DNA from: Escherichia phage PE37
Length of the DNA stretch: 64,000 nt
Sequence record: NC_054929.1
Strand: one strand, 5' to 3'
Positions 17,780 through 27,247 of the stretch are shown in pieces. The first letter of the stretch is position 1; each line of letters begins with the position of its first letter. Under the pieces are notes generated by a model. The model had not been told where the DNA came from. It worked only from the letters and a program-made list of their open reading frames with translations, and did not search any database. Both the position numbers and the translations under genes were made by a program.

Positions 17780-19593
17780 CAATTGAAAAAGAAATTGAAG
17801 GATTGATTCATAAAACTAATAAAGACCTTTTAAACGAGAATGCTAATAAAGATTCTCGTGTTTTTCCAACTCAACGGGACCTTATGGCTGGTATTGTGTC
17901 TAAACACATTGCCAAAAATATGGTCCCGTCTTTTATTATGAAAGCGCATGAAAGCGGAATTATTCATTTCCATGATATTGATTATTCCCCTGCTCTTCCA
18001 TTTACTAATTGCTGTTTAGTAGATTTAAAAGGAATGCTTGAGAACGGATTTAAGCTTGGTAATGCACAGATTGAAACTCCTAAATCAATTGGTGTTGCTA
18101 CTGCAATTATGGCACAAATTACTGCACAGGTTGCTTCCCATCAATACGGCGGAACGACTTTTGCTAATGTAGATAAAGTACTTTCTCCTTATGTTAAACG
18201 CACCTATGCAAAACATATTGAGGATGCAGAAAAATGGCAAATCGCTGATGCGTTGAATTATGCTCAATCTAAAACAGAAAAAGATGTATACGATGCATTC
18301 CAAGCTTATGAATATGAAGTAAATACTCTCTTTAGTTCAAACGGACAAACGCCTTTTGTAACAATTACATTTGGTACGGGAACTGACTGGACTGAACGAA
18401 TGATTCAGAAAGCAATTCTGAAAAATCGTATTAAAGGTCTCGGTCGTGATGGGATAACTCCTATTTTTCCTAAGCTTGTTATGTTCGTCGAAGAAGGCGT
18501 TAATCTTTACAAAGACGATCCGAATTACGACATTAAGCAACTTGCTCTAGAGTGCGCAAGCAAAAGGATGTATCCTGATATTATTTCAGCTAAGAACAAT
18601 AAAGCTATCACCGGCTCATCTATTCCTGTTTCTCCAATGGGTTGCCGCAGTTTCTTGAGTGTGTGGAAAGATTCAACCGGTAATGAAATTCTTGATGGAC
18701 GTAATAATCTCGGTGTTGTAACGCTGAATCTTCCTCGTATCGCATTAGATTCTTATATTGGAACACAGTTCAATGAACAGAAATTTATCGAATTGTTCAA
18801 TGAACGAATGGATTTATGTTTTGAAGCTTTGATGTGCAGAATTAGTTCCTTAAAAGGAGTTAAAGCGACTGTTGCTCCTATTCTTTACCAAGAAGGTGCA
18901 TTCGGGGTTCGTCTTAAACCTGATGACGATATAATTGAGTTATTTAAAAACGGCAGAAGTTCAGTGTCTCTAGGATACATTGGTATTCACGAATTGAATA
19001 TTCTTGTCGGTCGTGATATTGGACGAGAAATTTTAACTAAAATGAATGCTCATCTTAAACAGTGGACTGAAAGAACCGGTTTTGCTTTTAGTTTGTATTC
19101 TACACCTGCTGAAAACCTGTGCTATCGCTTCTGTAAACTTGATACTGAAAAATATGGAAGTGTAAAGGATGTTACTGATAAAGGCTGGTACACTAACAGT
19201 TTCCACGTTTCAGTAGAAGAAAATATCACTCCGTTTGAAAAGATTTCTCGCGAAGCACCATATCATTTCATTGCGACAGGTGGCCACATTTCTTATGTTG
19301 AACTTCCTGATATGAAAAATAACTTAAAAGGTCTTGAGGCTGTATGGGATTATGCCGCACAACATTTAGATTATTTTGGTGTTAATATGCCGGTAGATAA
19401 ATGTTTTACATGCGGAAGTACCCATGAAATGACTCCTACTGAAAACGGATTTGTTTGTTCTATTTGTGGAGAAACTGATCCTAAAAAGATGAACACAATA
19501 AGAAGAACATGTGGTTATTTGGGAAATCCGAACGAACGCGGATTTAATCTCGGTAAAAATAAAGAAATCATGCATAGGGTTAAACACCAATGA
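17776..19593 (+). CDS. nrdD: anaerobic ribonucleoside-triphosphate reductase NrdD
   Basis: 605 aa, C-terminal glycyl-radical region RRTCGYLG; uninterrupted (no intron). Confidence 0.95.
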   Translation: MTIEKEIEGLIHKTNKDLLNENANKDSRVFPTQRDLMAGIVSKHIAKNMVPSFIMKAHESGIIHFHDIDYSPALPFTNCCLVDLKGMLENGFKLGNAQIETPKSIGVATAIMAQITAQVASHQYGGTTFANVDKVLSPYVKRTYAKHIEDAEKWQIADALNYAQSKTEKDVYDAFQAYEYEVNTLFSSNGQTPFVTITFGTGTDWTERMIQKAILKNRIKGLGRDGITPIFPKLVMFVEEGVNLYKDDPNYDIKQLALECASKRMYPDIISAKNNKAITGSSIPVSPMGCRSFLSVWKDSTGNEILDGRNNLGVVTLNLPRIALDSYIGTQFNEQKFIELFNERMDLCFEALMCRISSLKGVKATVAPILYQEGAFGVRLKPDDDIIELFKNGRSSVSLGYIGIHELNILVGRDIGREILTKMNAHLKQWTERTGFAFSLYSTPAENLCYRFCKLDTEKYGSVKDVTDKGWYTNSFHVSVEENITPFEKISREAPYHFIATGGHISYVELPDMKNNLKGLEAVWDYAAQHLDYFGVNMPVDKCFTCGSTHEMTPTENGFVCSICGETDPKKMNTIRRTCGYLGNPNERGFNLGKNKEIMHRVKHQ

Positions 19594-20060
19594 ATTATGA
19601 TAGATTTTATCCTTGCGATTTTGTGAATGGTCCTGGATGCAGGACTGTTCTTTTCGTTACAGGTTGTTTGCATAAATGTGAAGGGTGTTATAATAAATCA
19701 ACATGGAATGCTAGAAATGGTATTCCATTCACTGGTGAAACACTAGAGCAATTAATTGAATGTTTGAATAATGATTATATAGAAGGATTGACTATAACTG
19801 GAGGTGACCCTCTCTATCCTGATAATCGAGATGTTATTCATTGCATTGTTCAAACAGTAAAAAATCTTTATCCTAATAAAAGCATTTGGTTGTGGACAGG
19901 ATATAAGTTTGAAGATATTAAACAACTAGAAATGCTTAAATATGTTGATGTTATTATTGATGGGAAGTATGAGAAAAATCTTCCGACCAAAAAGCTGTGG
20001 CGAGGTTCAGATAATCAGCGACTTTGGTCAAATACCGATGGGGTGTGGAAACATGATTAA
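19590..20060 (+). CDS. nrdG: anaerobic RNR activating protein NrdG (radical SAM)
   Basis: 156 aa, Cys cluster CLHKCEGC; ATGA overlap with nrdD. Confidence 0.9.
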   Translation: MNYDRFYPCDFVNGPGCRTVLFVTGCLHKCEGCYNKSTWNARNGIPFTGETLEQLIECLNNDYIEGLTITGGDPLYPDNRDVIHCIVQTVKNLYPNKSIWLWTGYKFEDIKQLEMLKYVDVIIDGKYEKNLPTKKLWRGSDNQRLWSNTDGVWKHD

Positions 20061-20174
20061 ATTGAATTACATTATGGATACTATAAATGATATGATTTTT
20101 CATTTTGGTCCAGAATTTTATTCGCAATATAGTTTAGTGCTTATCAATGCTTGGTTAATCAATTAAGGGTAAAT

Positions 20175-20390
20175 ATGTATAAATTTCGTAAAGGTTTAGC
20201 TGATTTTCTTACAACTGTAACATTCTTTCTGTTTATGGCAGTTGGAGCTATTTTCCTTATTCCTTTTATTGCTATATTTTTCGTGATTAGTTTGATTTCT
20301 CCAGAAAAAGGCTTATCTTCTAGTGAGTTCAATAAGCGTCTGGATAAAATTACTAACAAGCTGAATGCTGTTCTTGATAAAAAGGCTTAA
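20175..20390 (+). CDS. predicted membrane protein (71 aa)
   Basis: Track ORF 20151..20390 trimmed to ATG 20175; one long TM helix. Confidence 0.5.
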   Translation: MYKFRKGLADFLTTVTFFLFMAVGAIFLIPFIAIFFVISLISPEKGLSSSEFNKRLDKITNKLNAVLDKKA

Positions 20391-20392
20391 TT

Positions 20393-20704
20393 ATGATTAG
20401 TTTTGAGCGGTATGTAGTAGAGAGTTGGAATGGTTTTGATATGTTCGGTAATGACTATTATTTCTATGAATGTAGTCTGAACCCAAGCTTCTGGGCTGGA
20501 CGTGAACAAGACCTCGAAGAAATCAACGCTCGTGCCGATTTGTTAGGTGAACTGCCTACTACTTATTTCACCTTTGATGAATCCGGCTTCGTTATCCAGG
20601 TTTATTTTCCTGAAGAAAACTCTGGTGAGGATTCTGTTAATCCTCCTTATTGGGCTTATCAAGGAATTATTTCTCGTGGAACAAAACTCGAACTTAAAGA
20701 ATAA
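20393..20704 (+). CDS. hypothetical protein (103 aa)
   Basis: Track ORF. Confidence 0.55.
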   Translation: MISFERYVVESWNGFDMFGNDYYFYECSLNPSFWAGREQDLEEINARADLLGELPTTYFTFDESGFVIQVYFPEENSGEDSVNPPYWAYQGIISRGTKLELKE

Positions 20705-20705
20705 G

Positions 20706-20999
20706 ATTGAAGTCTATGGAATTCCAGATGAAGTAGGTCGTTGTCCTGGATGTCAATCAGTTACAAAACTTCTAAAGGAGCTCAATGCTCCTTTTACTTT
20801 CTATAAAGTTCTTACAAATAACGGTAAGATTGAGTATGATCGTCCGCTGATTGTATCTCTTGCTAAACGCGCTGGATTCACATCTCTTAACATTCGTTAT
20901 CCGGTCATTTTCATTAATGATTCTAGACAAAAGAACATTAAACACTTCAAAGAAACTCTCATTTCACTTGGATATGATAGAGATATCATAGAAGATTAA
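20706..20999 (+). CDS. thioredoxin/glutaredoxin-like CxxC protein (nrdH-like); start codon uncertain, no in-frame ATG
   Basis: CPGC motif; frame opens right after upstream stop with no ATG/GTG before the redoxin motif; only in-frame ATG is 50 codons upstream inside previous gene. Confidence 0.4.
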   Translation: MEVYGIPDEVGRCPGCQSVTKLLKELNAPFTFYKVLTNNGKIEYDRPLIVSLAKRAGFTSLNIRYPVIFINDSRQKNIKHFKETLISLGYDRDIIED

Positions 21000-21002
21000 G
21001 AC

Positions 21003-21024
21003 GGGCCCTCTGGGCCTTTCTTTC
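21003..21024 (+). terminator. intrinsic terminator
   Basis: ggccc-tct-gggcc hairpin followed by T-rich tract. Confidence 0.5.
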
Positions 21025-21097
21025 TCGCATTCTGTATATTACCATTCTAAGCTATCGTTCCTTTCTTATCATTCCCTAAAATATTTTTCACAAAGTT

Positions 21098-21127
21098 GTT
21101 TACAACGAGCTCAAACTGTGGTATTAT
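21098..21127 (+). promoter_or_regulatory. T4-type early promoter
   Basis: gtttacaacgagctcaaactgtggtattat. Confidence 0.5.
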
Positions 21128-21157
21128 TAACACATGAATTGCCTTTGAGGAATTGAT

Positions 21158-21340
21158 ATGGTTATGATTGATAAAGAAATTAAAAAGGGACAGTATTATC
21201 TCATTAATGGTAATGCTGTTCGTGTTACTCATGTAAATAGTTTTGAAGTTTGCTATATTATACTCAAGTTACATAAACGCATGATTTGTGATCGTGCTGC
21301 ATTTAGTTCAGTTGCTAAGGAAATTAAACTCCATGGGTAA
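21158..21340 (+). CDS. hypothetical protein (60 aa)
   Basis: Track ORF with GAGGAA RBS. Confidence 0.45.
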   Translation: MVMIDKEIKKGQYYLINGNAVRVTHVNSFEVCYIILKLHKRMICDRAAFSSVAKEIKLHG

Positions 21341-21626
21341 AACGTATCGTCGTAAAGACTTGAAAGTTCGTGATTATGACTATTTCGGAAAGCGTAAAGC
21401 TCCTGATGGGGTAAGTCATAAAGATATGGTTGAAAACATTTTTCGCTCAGATAAATGGCGTAGAATGAAAGGCATTGATTCAGAAGTTAAAGATGAGCTA
21501 AATCGCCAATTACGTGGTGAAGTAAGAAAGTTGAAAAAATCAGTTTACATTGACGATGATTTTGATTATAATACTTCTCAACGAGTTGCTAAGCGCAAAT
21601 CAAACGAGTGTTATCGTTACAGCTGA
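21333..21626 (+). CDS. hypothetical basic protein (97 aa)
   Basis: Track ORF 21288..21626 trimmed to ATG 21333. Confidence 0.5.
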   Translation: MGKTYRRKDLKVRDYDYFGKRKAPDGVSHKDMVENIFRSDKWRRMKGIDSEVKDELNRQLRGEVRKLKKSVYIDDDFDYNTSQRVAKRKSNECYRYS

Positions 21627-21633
21627 GGAAAAT

Positions 21634-21765
21634 ATGAATATTAAACGAATGCTTTTTAAGCAAGGGCTATATACTTTAAATGTTACTCCAAAAGGCGATA
21701 CAACTAAGTGGTCAGTAAATGACTGGATTAAATTTATTGATGAAAACGGTAACTGGAAAATTTAA
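21634..21765 (+). CDS. hypothetical small protein (43 aa)
   Basis: Track ORF trimmed to ATG 21634 with GAGGAAAA RBS. Confidence 0.4.
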   Translation: MNIKRMLFKQGLYTLNVTPKGDTTKWSVNDWIKFIDENGNWKI

Positions 21766-21966
21766 ATGAATCCTGAATCTAAATTATCGCAACGAATTGC
21801 CGAAGCTCGTCGTCAGTTCTTTGAAAATATGATAGCCCAAGGTATTGATGACGAAGTTTTTCTGAACTGGTTTTGGAATCACAAATACTCAAAATGCGCA
21901 GGAGCAATATTAATATCAGCTGCAATGATGTACGAAGGCTGGAAGGGTGCCAAACAGTTTAGCTAA
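21766..21966 (+). CDS. hypothetical protein (66 aa)
   Basis: Track ORF, TAAATG overlap. Confidence 0.5.
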   Translation: MNPESKLSQRIAEARRQFFENMIAQGIDDEVFLNWFWNHKYSKCAGAILISAAMMYEGWKGAKQFS

Positions 21967-21984
21967 GGGCTTCGGCCCTTTTTG
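21965..21984 (+). terminator. intrinsic terminator (GGGC-UUCG-GCCC + T-run)
   Basis: agggcttcggcccttttt. Confidence 0.7.
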
Positions 21985-22018
21985 GATAATAAAATTTTAA
22001 TGTAATTGAGGATAATGT

Positions 22019-22345
22019 ATGACTATTCAAATTAAAAACGCCATCAATTCTTACGCATATGATAAAGTAGTTTCTTTGCTAGAAAAAGGCGATATTGTAA
22101 CTCCTCAAATTTTGGATAAATGGGAAAAAGAGCTTCATCAGACGATGAAACAGAATGATCAGAAAATTGGACGCAATACTGTCCGTGAATTGTTGGTTCA
22201 ATATATCTTGTCAGAATTTGATGTTAAAGCTTTTGGTGTAGAATCTAAAGCTTATCAGAAGCATGAAATTTCTGATAAAACTATTCGTCGTATGAAAAAT
22301 CAACGCAAGAAAAAATTTGCTGACCTGAAAATTACTAAGGCATAA
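22019..22345 (+). CDS. hypothetical protein (108 aa)
   Basis: Track ORF with GAGGA RBS. Confidence 0.55.
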   Translation: MTIQIKNAINSYAYDKVVSLLEKGDIVTPQILDKWEKELHQTMKQNDQKIGRNTVRELLVQYILSEFDVKAFGVESKAYQKHEISDKTIRRMKNQRKKKFADLKITKA

Positions 22346-22347
22346 TT

Positions 22348-22563
22348 ATGAATGAAGCTCTTATTAACGATTTGCGTCTTGCCGGATATGAAGTAAATAC
22401 AAACGGCATTGGTTTAACTCAAATTGAAGGAAATGGATTCATCCTTGAGTATGAATTTAGCCAATGGTGGTTATACGCTAATTACGGCGAATTGATTGAA
22501 TATGTTGACCAATTTGATTCACTAGATGCAGCTCTTGAAGCGGCTAAGTTGATGAATGTATGA
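22348..22563 (+). CDS. hypothetical acidic protein (71 aa)
   Basis: Track ORF. Confidence 0.5.
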   Translation: MNEALINDLRLAGYEVNTNGIGLTQIEGNGFILEYEFSQWWLYANYGELIEYVDQFDSLDAALEAAKLMNV

Positions 22564-22829
22564 AATTTATTAATATTTCTATTACTATTGAAAATTATGG
22601 CATTTTCTATGTTGACCAATACATGAAAATTTCATTTTTCCCAAATAAGACTGGTGTTGGATATTGGGAAAGTCATGTTTCTGAATTAAATGAAAGTGAA
22701 TATGTTAGCACACATGAAAAGTTTTTAGACTTTTTATATCATGCTGATTTAACTAGTCATTACATAGATATTCATGAATTTAAAAAGATGATGGAGAAAG
22801 TGTTCCAAGCATACTGCTTACTTAGATAA
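22560..22829 (+). CDS. hypothetical protein (89 aa)
   Basis: Track ORF, ATGA overlap. Confidence 0.5.
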   Translation: MKFINISITIENYGIFYVDQYMKISFFPNKTGVGYWESHVSELNESEYVSTHEKFLDFLYHADLTSHYIDIHEFKKMMEKVFQAYCLLR

Positions 22830-22880
22830 CTGATATCCTCTATGCTTTAAGATAGATCTTCAAATATTATGATATAATAG
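22813..22880 (+). promoter_or_regulatory. promoter region upstream of gene 55 (MotA-box-like TGCTTTA plus TATAAT)
   Basis: ctatgcttta and gatataat motifs; exact -10/-35 assignment uncertain. Confidence 0.35.
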
Positions 22881-22907
22881 ATCTATGAATTGAGCTAAGA
22901 GGTGAAA

Positions 22908-23465
22908 ATGTCAGAAACTAAGCCTAAATATAATTACGTAAACAATAAAGAGCTTTTACAAGCTATTATTGATTGGAAAACAGAATTAGCAAATAATAAA
23001 GACCCAAATAAAGTAGTTCGTCAGAATGATACTATCGGATTAGCCATTATGCTTATTGCAGAAGGCTTATCTAAACGTTTCAACTTTTCAGGATACACCC
23101 AGTCTTGGAAACAAGAAATGATTGCAGATGGTATAGAAGCTTCTATTAAGGGGCTTCATAATTTTGATGAAACGAAATATAAAAACCCACATGCATATAT
23201 AACTCAAGCTTGTTTTAATGCATTCGTCCAACGTATTAAAAAAGAACGTAAGGAAGTTGCAAAGAAATATAGTTACTTCGTTCACAATGTCTATGACAGC
23301 CGTGACGACGATATGGTTGCGTTAGTAGATGAAACTTTTATTCAAGACATCTATGATAAAATGACGCATTACGAAGAATCAACCTATAGAACACCGGGGG
23401 CTGAAAAGAAAAGTGTTGTAGACGATTCTCCTAGTTTGGATTTTTTATATGAGGCTAACGATTAA
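22908..23465 (+). CDS. 55: late-transcription sigma factor gp55
   Basis: Protein begins [24 protein letters not shown], matching recalled T4 gp55 (185 aa); start taken from track frame. Confidence 0.9.
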
Positions 23466-23667
23466 CCTCTCCGGATTCTTGGAAGAAATACCTGAAGTTG
23501 AAGCTATTCCCTATTTACTTAAAATGTATCTCAGGGAAGTTTTAGCTCTTGACATTGATATTGATCCAGAAAATCCGTATGATACCGCTTTTAAATCTAA
23601 TGGTGTAGAATTAAACTATCGGTATCATTTAACAGATGATGATTTTTATTTTATATTAGAGAAATAA
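23449..23667 (+). CDS. hypothetical acidic protein (72 aa)
   Basis: Track ORF overlapping gene 55 3' end. Confidence 0.45.
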
Positions 23668-23668
23668 T

Positions 23669-23986
23669 ATGACTGATAAACCCGAAATTAATGATGAAGT
23701 GGAAAAGCTTATTTCTTCTATTGAAGAAAAGAACCGTCTTGAAGCAGAAAGAAAAGCAAATAAGTTATTGTCTAAAAACAAACGCGAACTGAATCGTCTT
23801 TATAAGCACGCTCAGATTGCAGCTGAAAATAATAATTTTGCTCAATACGAATATGCTATCAAGAAAAGTCGGGATATTCTAAAACAGCCATATAACGATG
23901 AACTCATCAGTATTCTTTGGAAGACTACTAGATCGCAGATTGAGGATATGATTGATGCTTACACACGTAAAATTCAAGCGTCTTAA
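23669..23986 (+). CDS. hypothetical protein (105 aa)
   Basis: Track ORF. Confidence 0.55.
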   Translation: MTDKPEINDEVEKLISSIEEKNRLEAERKANKLLSKNKRELNRLYKHAQIAAENNNFAQYEYAIKKSRDILKQPYNDELISILWKTTRSQIEDMIDAYTRKIQAS

Positions 23987-24158
23987 AATTAATGCAGGAT
24001 TTACTGAATCTTTGAATGGTCATCTTTGTGTGAAAATTTCTGAAAAAGAATACCATGATAGTTCAATTAAAGAAGTTAATCCTCCTATTGTAAGAGCAGA
24101 CCCTAATATGAAAGTGTGGGTTGATTCTTATCAAGTCAAAAAATGGTGGCAGTTATGA
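23952..24158 (+). CDS. hypothetical protein (68 aa)
   Basis: Track ORF. Confidence 0.45.
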   Translation: MMLTHVKFKRLKINAGFTESLNGHLCVKISEKEYHDSSIKEVNPPIVRADPNMKVWVDSYQVKKWWQL

Positions 24159-24161
24159 AAG

Positions 24162-24335
24162 ATGAACACCCAGACTTCTGAAATAGATTATAATAAAGTT
24201 CGTTCCTTTAAAGAGGAAATGATGAGACTCTTTAAAGAGTCTCATGATAAAGCTAAAGCAGAAGGAACTATAACATATAAGCGCATAAAATTTAAAAGTT
24301 CTAACGAGCCTCTGTATGGCGTATTATGTGGATAG
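24162..24335 (+). CDS. hypothetical small protein (57 aa)
   Basis: Hand-called ORF ending at terminator hairpin. Confidence 0.4.
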   Translation: MNTQTSEIDYNKVRSFKEEMMRLFKESHDKAKAEGTITYKRIKFKSSNEPLYGVLCG

Positions 24336-24350
24336 GAGCTTCGGCTCCTA
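24333..24350 (+). terminator. UUCG-loop hairpin terminator
   Basis: taggagc-ttcg-gctccta. Confidence 0.5.
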
Positions 24351-24351
24351 T

Positions 24352-24378
24352 ATTGCTTTATAAATTTTTGGTAAAATA
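24352..24378 (+). promoter_or_regulatory. MotA-dependent middle promoter (MotA box ATTGCTTTA + -10 TAAAAT)
   Basis: attgctttataaatttttggtaaaat upstream of alpha-gt. Confidence 0.55.
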
Positions 24379-24401
24379 AACCAAAACAAAGAGGATATTA
24401 A

Positions 24402-25604
24402 ATGAAAGTATGTATTTTTATGGCTCGAGGTCTTGAAGGTTGTGGTGTAACAAAATTCTCACTCGAGCAACGTGATTGGTTTATTAAAAATGGTCATGAA
24501 GTGACTTTGGTTTATGCTAAAGATAAATCATTTACTCGTAACTGTGCACATGATTATAAATCATTTTCAATTCCGGTTTTATTGGCAAAAGAATACGATA
24601 AAACACTTAAGCTGGTAAATGATTGTGATATTCTAATTATCAATTCAGTTCCTGCTACTTCAGTTGAAGAAGACACTATTAATAACTATAAAAAAATTAT
24701 TGATAACATTAAACCTTCTGTTCGTGTTGTAGTTTATCAACATGACCATTCTTCTCTTTCTTTGCGCCGAAATTTGGGATTAGAAGAAACTATTCGTCGA
24801 GCTGATGTTATTTTTAGCCATTCTGATAATGGTGATTTTAATAAAGTTCTGATGAAAGAGTGGTATCCAGAAACTGTTTCTCTGTTTGATGATATTGAAG
24901 AAGCACCGACCGTATATAACTTTCAGCCTCCTATGGATATTGCGAAGGTTCGGTCAACTTACTGGAAAGATGTTTCTGAAATTAACATGAATATCAACCG
25001 TTGGATTGGTCGTACGACTACATGGAAAGGTTTTTATCAGATGTTTGATTTTCATGAAAAACATCTTAAACCTGCAGGACTAAGTACTGTTATGGAAGGT
25101 CTGGAACGTTCTCCAGCGTTCATTCCTATTAAAGAAAAAGGAATTCCATACGAGTATTATCGTCTTCATCAAGTAGACCAAATTAAAATTGCTCCTAATT
25201 TGCCAACGCAAATTCTTGACCGTTATGTAAATAGCGAAATGCTTGAACGCATGAGTAAATCCGGATTTGGTTATCAATTGAGTAAGTTGGATAAAAAATA
25301 TCTACAACGTTCTTTAGAATATACTCATCTCGAGCTTGGTGCATGTGGAACAATTCCGGTATTTTGGAAATCTACTGGCGAAAATTTAAAATTCCGTGTT
25401 GATAATACTCCTTTGACCTCGCATGATAGCGGTATCATTTGGTTTGATGAAAATGACATGGAATCAACATTTGAACGTATTAAAGAACTGTCATCTGACC
25501 GAGCTCTTTATGACCGTGAGCGAGAAAAAGCATATGAATTTTTGTATCAGCATCAAGATTCAAGCTTCTGCTTTAAAGAACAGTTTGACATTATTACAAA
25601 ATAA
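24402..25604 (+). CDS. a-gt: DNA alpha-glucosyltransferase (hmC alpha-glucosylation)
   Basis: 400 aa; closely matches recalled T4 alpha-gt sequence. Confidence 0.9.
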   Translation: MKVCIFMARGLEGCGVTKFSLEQRDWFIKNGHEVTLVYAKDKSFTRNCAHDYKSFSIPVLLAKEYDKTLKLVNDCDILIINSVPATSVEEDTINNYKKIIDNIKPSVRVVVYQHDHSSLSLRRNLGLEETIRRADVIFSHSDNGDFNKVLMKEWYPETVSLFDDIEEAPTVYNFQPPMDIAKVRSTYWKDVSEINMNINRWIGRTTTWKGFYQMFDFHEKHLKPAGLSTVMEGLERSPAFIPIKEKGIPYEYYRLHQVDQIKIAPNLPTQILDRYVNSEMLERMSKSGFGYQLSKLDKKYLQRSLEYTHLELGACGTIPVFWKSTGENLKFRVDNTPLTSHDSGIIWFDENDMESTFERIKELSSDRALYDREREKAYEFLYQHQDSSFCFKEQFDIITK

Positions 25605-25620
25605 AGGGCTTCGGCCCTTT
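25603..25620 (+). terminator. intrinsic terminator (GGGC-UUCG-GCCC)
   Basis: aaagggcttcggcccttt. Confidence 0.65.
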
Positions 25621-25646
25621 AGCTTTATACGGAGTTTGATATAATG
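25619..25646 (+). promoter_or_regulatory. middle promoter (MotA-box-like AGCTTTA + TATAAT)
   Basis: tagctttatacggagtttgatataat. Confidence 0.45.
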
Positions 25647-25784
25647 ATATTTCTTGGATATGTGATACTTTTTCTTGCATTTTATCTATTCACTAGAGCA
25701 TGTTGGATTGGGTTCTTTAGCACTCCAGATGGATTTATTTCAATAATTTTATTTTGCATTTCAATGACGGTTCTTGATATATGA
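25644..25784 (+). CDS. small membrane protein (46 aa)
   Basis: Hand-called ORF; hydrophobic; ATGA overlap with gene 47. Confidence 0.4.
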   Translation: MIFLGYVILFLAFYLFTRACWIGFFSTPDGFISIILFCISMTVLDI

Positions 25785-26800
25785 AAATTTTAAATTTAGG
25801 TGATTGGCATTTAGGCGTTAAAGCTGATGATGAGTGGGTTCAATCCATTCAGTTGGATGGAATTAAACAAGCAATAGAATATTCTAAGAAAAATGGAATT
25901 ACTACATGGATTCAATATGGTGATATTTTTGATGTGCGAAAAGCAATCACGCATAAAACTATGGAGTTCGCTCGTGAAATAGTTCAAATGCTTGATGATG
26001 CTGGTATTACCCTACATACTGTTGTAGGAAACCATGATATGCACTTTAAAAATACTTTAACTCCAAATGCCTCTACTGAGCTTTTGGCTAAATATCCTAA
26101 TGTTAAAGTATATGATAAGCCTACTACAGTAGATTTTGACGGATGTTTAATTGATTTAATTCCTTGGATGTGTGAAGAAAATACTGGTGAAATTCTTGAA
26201 CACATCAAAACTTCATCTGCTTCTTTTTGCGTTGGTCACTGGGAACTGAACGGATTTTATTTTTATAAAGGAATGAAATCTCATGGTCTTGAACCTGATT
26301 TCCTTAAGACTTATAAAGAAGTGTGGTCTGGTCACTTCCATACTATCTCTGAGGCTGCTAACGTCAGATATATTGGGACACCATGGACACTAACTGCAGG
26401 TGACGAGAATGACCCTCGTGGGTTCTGGATGTTTGATACAGAAACAGAACGAATGGAATTTATTCCAAACAACACTACCTGGCATCGTAGAATTCATTAT
26501 CCATTTAAAGGAAAAATTGATTATAAAGATTTTACAAATCTATCAGTACGTGTTATAGTAACTGAGGTAGACAAAAATCTGACGAAGTTCGAATCTGAAC
26601 TAGAAAAAGTTGTGCATTCATTACGAGTTGTGTCAAAGATTGATAACTCTGTCGAGTCAGATGACAGTGAAGAAGTTGAAGTTCAATCGCTTCAGACATT
26701 AATGGAAGAGTATATTAATGCAATTCCAGACATCACTGATTCTGACCGTGAAGCACTTATTCAATATGCAAATCAGCTATATGTAGAGGCAACACAATGA
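25781..26800 (+). CDS. 47: recombination endonuclease subunit gp47 (Mre11-like)
   Basis: 339 aa, phosphoesterase motifs (LGDWHLG, GNHD). Confidence 0.92.
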   Translation: MKILNLGDWHLGVKADDEWVQSIQLDGIKQAIEYSKKNGITTWIQYGDIFDVRKAITHKTMEFAREIVQMLDDAGITLHTVVGNHDMHFKNTLTPNASTELLAKYPNVKVYDKPTTVDFDGCLIDLIPWMCEENTGEILEHIKTSSASFCVGHWELNGFYFYKGMKSHGLEPDFLKTYKEVWSGHFHTISEAANVRYIGTPWTLTAGDENDPRGFWMFDTETERMEFIPNNTTWHRRIHYPFKGKIDYKDFTNLSVRVIVTEVDKNLTKFESELEKVVHSLRVVSKIDNSVESDDSEEVEVQSLQTLMEEYINAIPDITDSDREALIQYANQLYVEATQ

Positions 26801-27060
26801 CTTTTGATGAATTTAAAAATGTTATGATGAGTCAGCATTTTGAATGCGAAGTAAAAGATGATATTGGGCATAAAGAAATTATTGAATATTGGTTTGAACC
26901 GTTAGAGGTTGAAGATAATTGTATTAAAAAGGTTACGGTCTGCACTGATTGGGCTGTATCCTTTAACTTCAACATTTTAGATAATGACACACCTAAATCA
27001 TTACGAGATATGGCTGTATCTTGTATTAAGGATGCATACTGTGAAGTTTTCGACATTTGA
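26797..27060 (+). CDS. hypothetical protein (87 aa)
   Basis: Track ORF, ATGA overlap. Confidence 0.5.
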   Translation: MTFDEFKNVMMSQHFECEVKDDIGHKEIIEYWFEPLEVEDNCIKKVTVCTDWAVSFNFNILDNDTPKSLRDMAVSCIKDAYCEVFDI

Positions 27061-27247
27061 CATTAATGATGAATTCATAGCAAACATTGATTATACCGAA
27101 GAAGATTCTAGATATGTTGGAATAATTTATATTACATCAAAAACAGCACAAGGTGTTGTTTGCATGGCTGAATTTGATGAATACTTTTTAGATTATGATG
27201 ATATGATAGAATGGTCTAAAAGATACATTAAAAGGAATCTTTTGTGA
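27032..27247 (+). CDS. hypothetical protein (about 71 aa)
   Basis: Track ORF 26984..27247 trimmed to first plausible start; start uncertain. Confidence 0.4.
   Translation: MHTVKFSTFDINDEFIANIDYTEEDSRYVGIIYITSKTAQGVVCMAEFDEYFLDYDDMIEWSKRYIKRNLL

Noticed and set aside
17776-19593. Group I intron or intron-encoded endonuclease within nrdD
   Set aside because: The reading frame is continuous over 605 codons with no intervening structured non-coding segment.
20547-20705. Upstream ATG at 20547 as the start of the thioredoxin-like ORF
   Set aside because: It would require a 52-codon out-of-frame overlap with the well-supported upstream gene and encodes a low-complexity hydrophobic extension; the start is left as uncertain instead.
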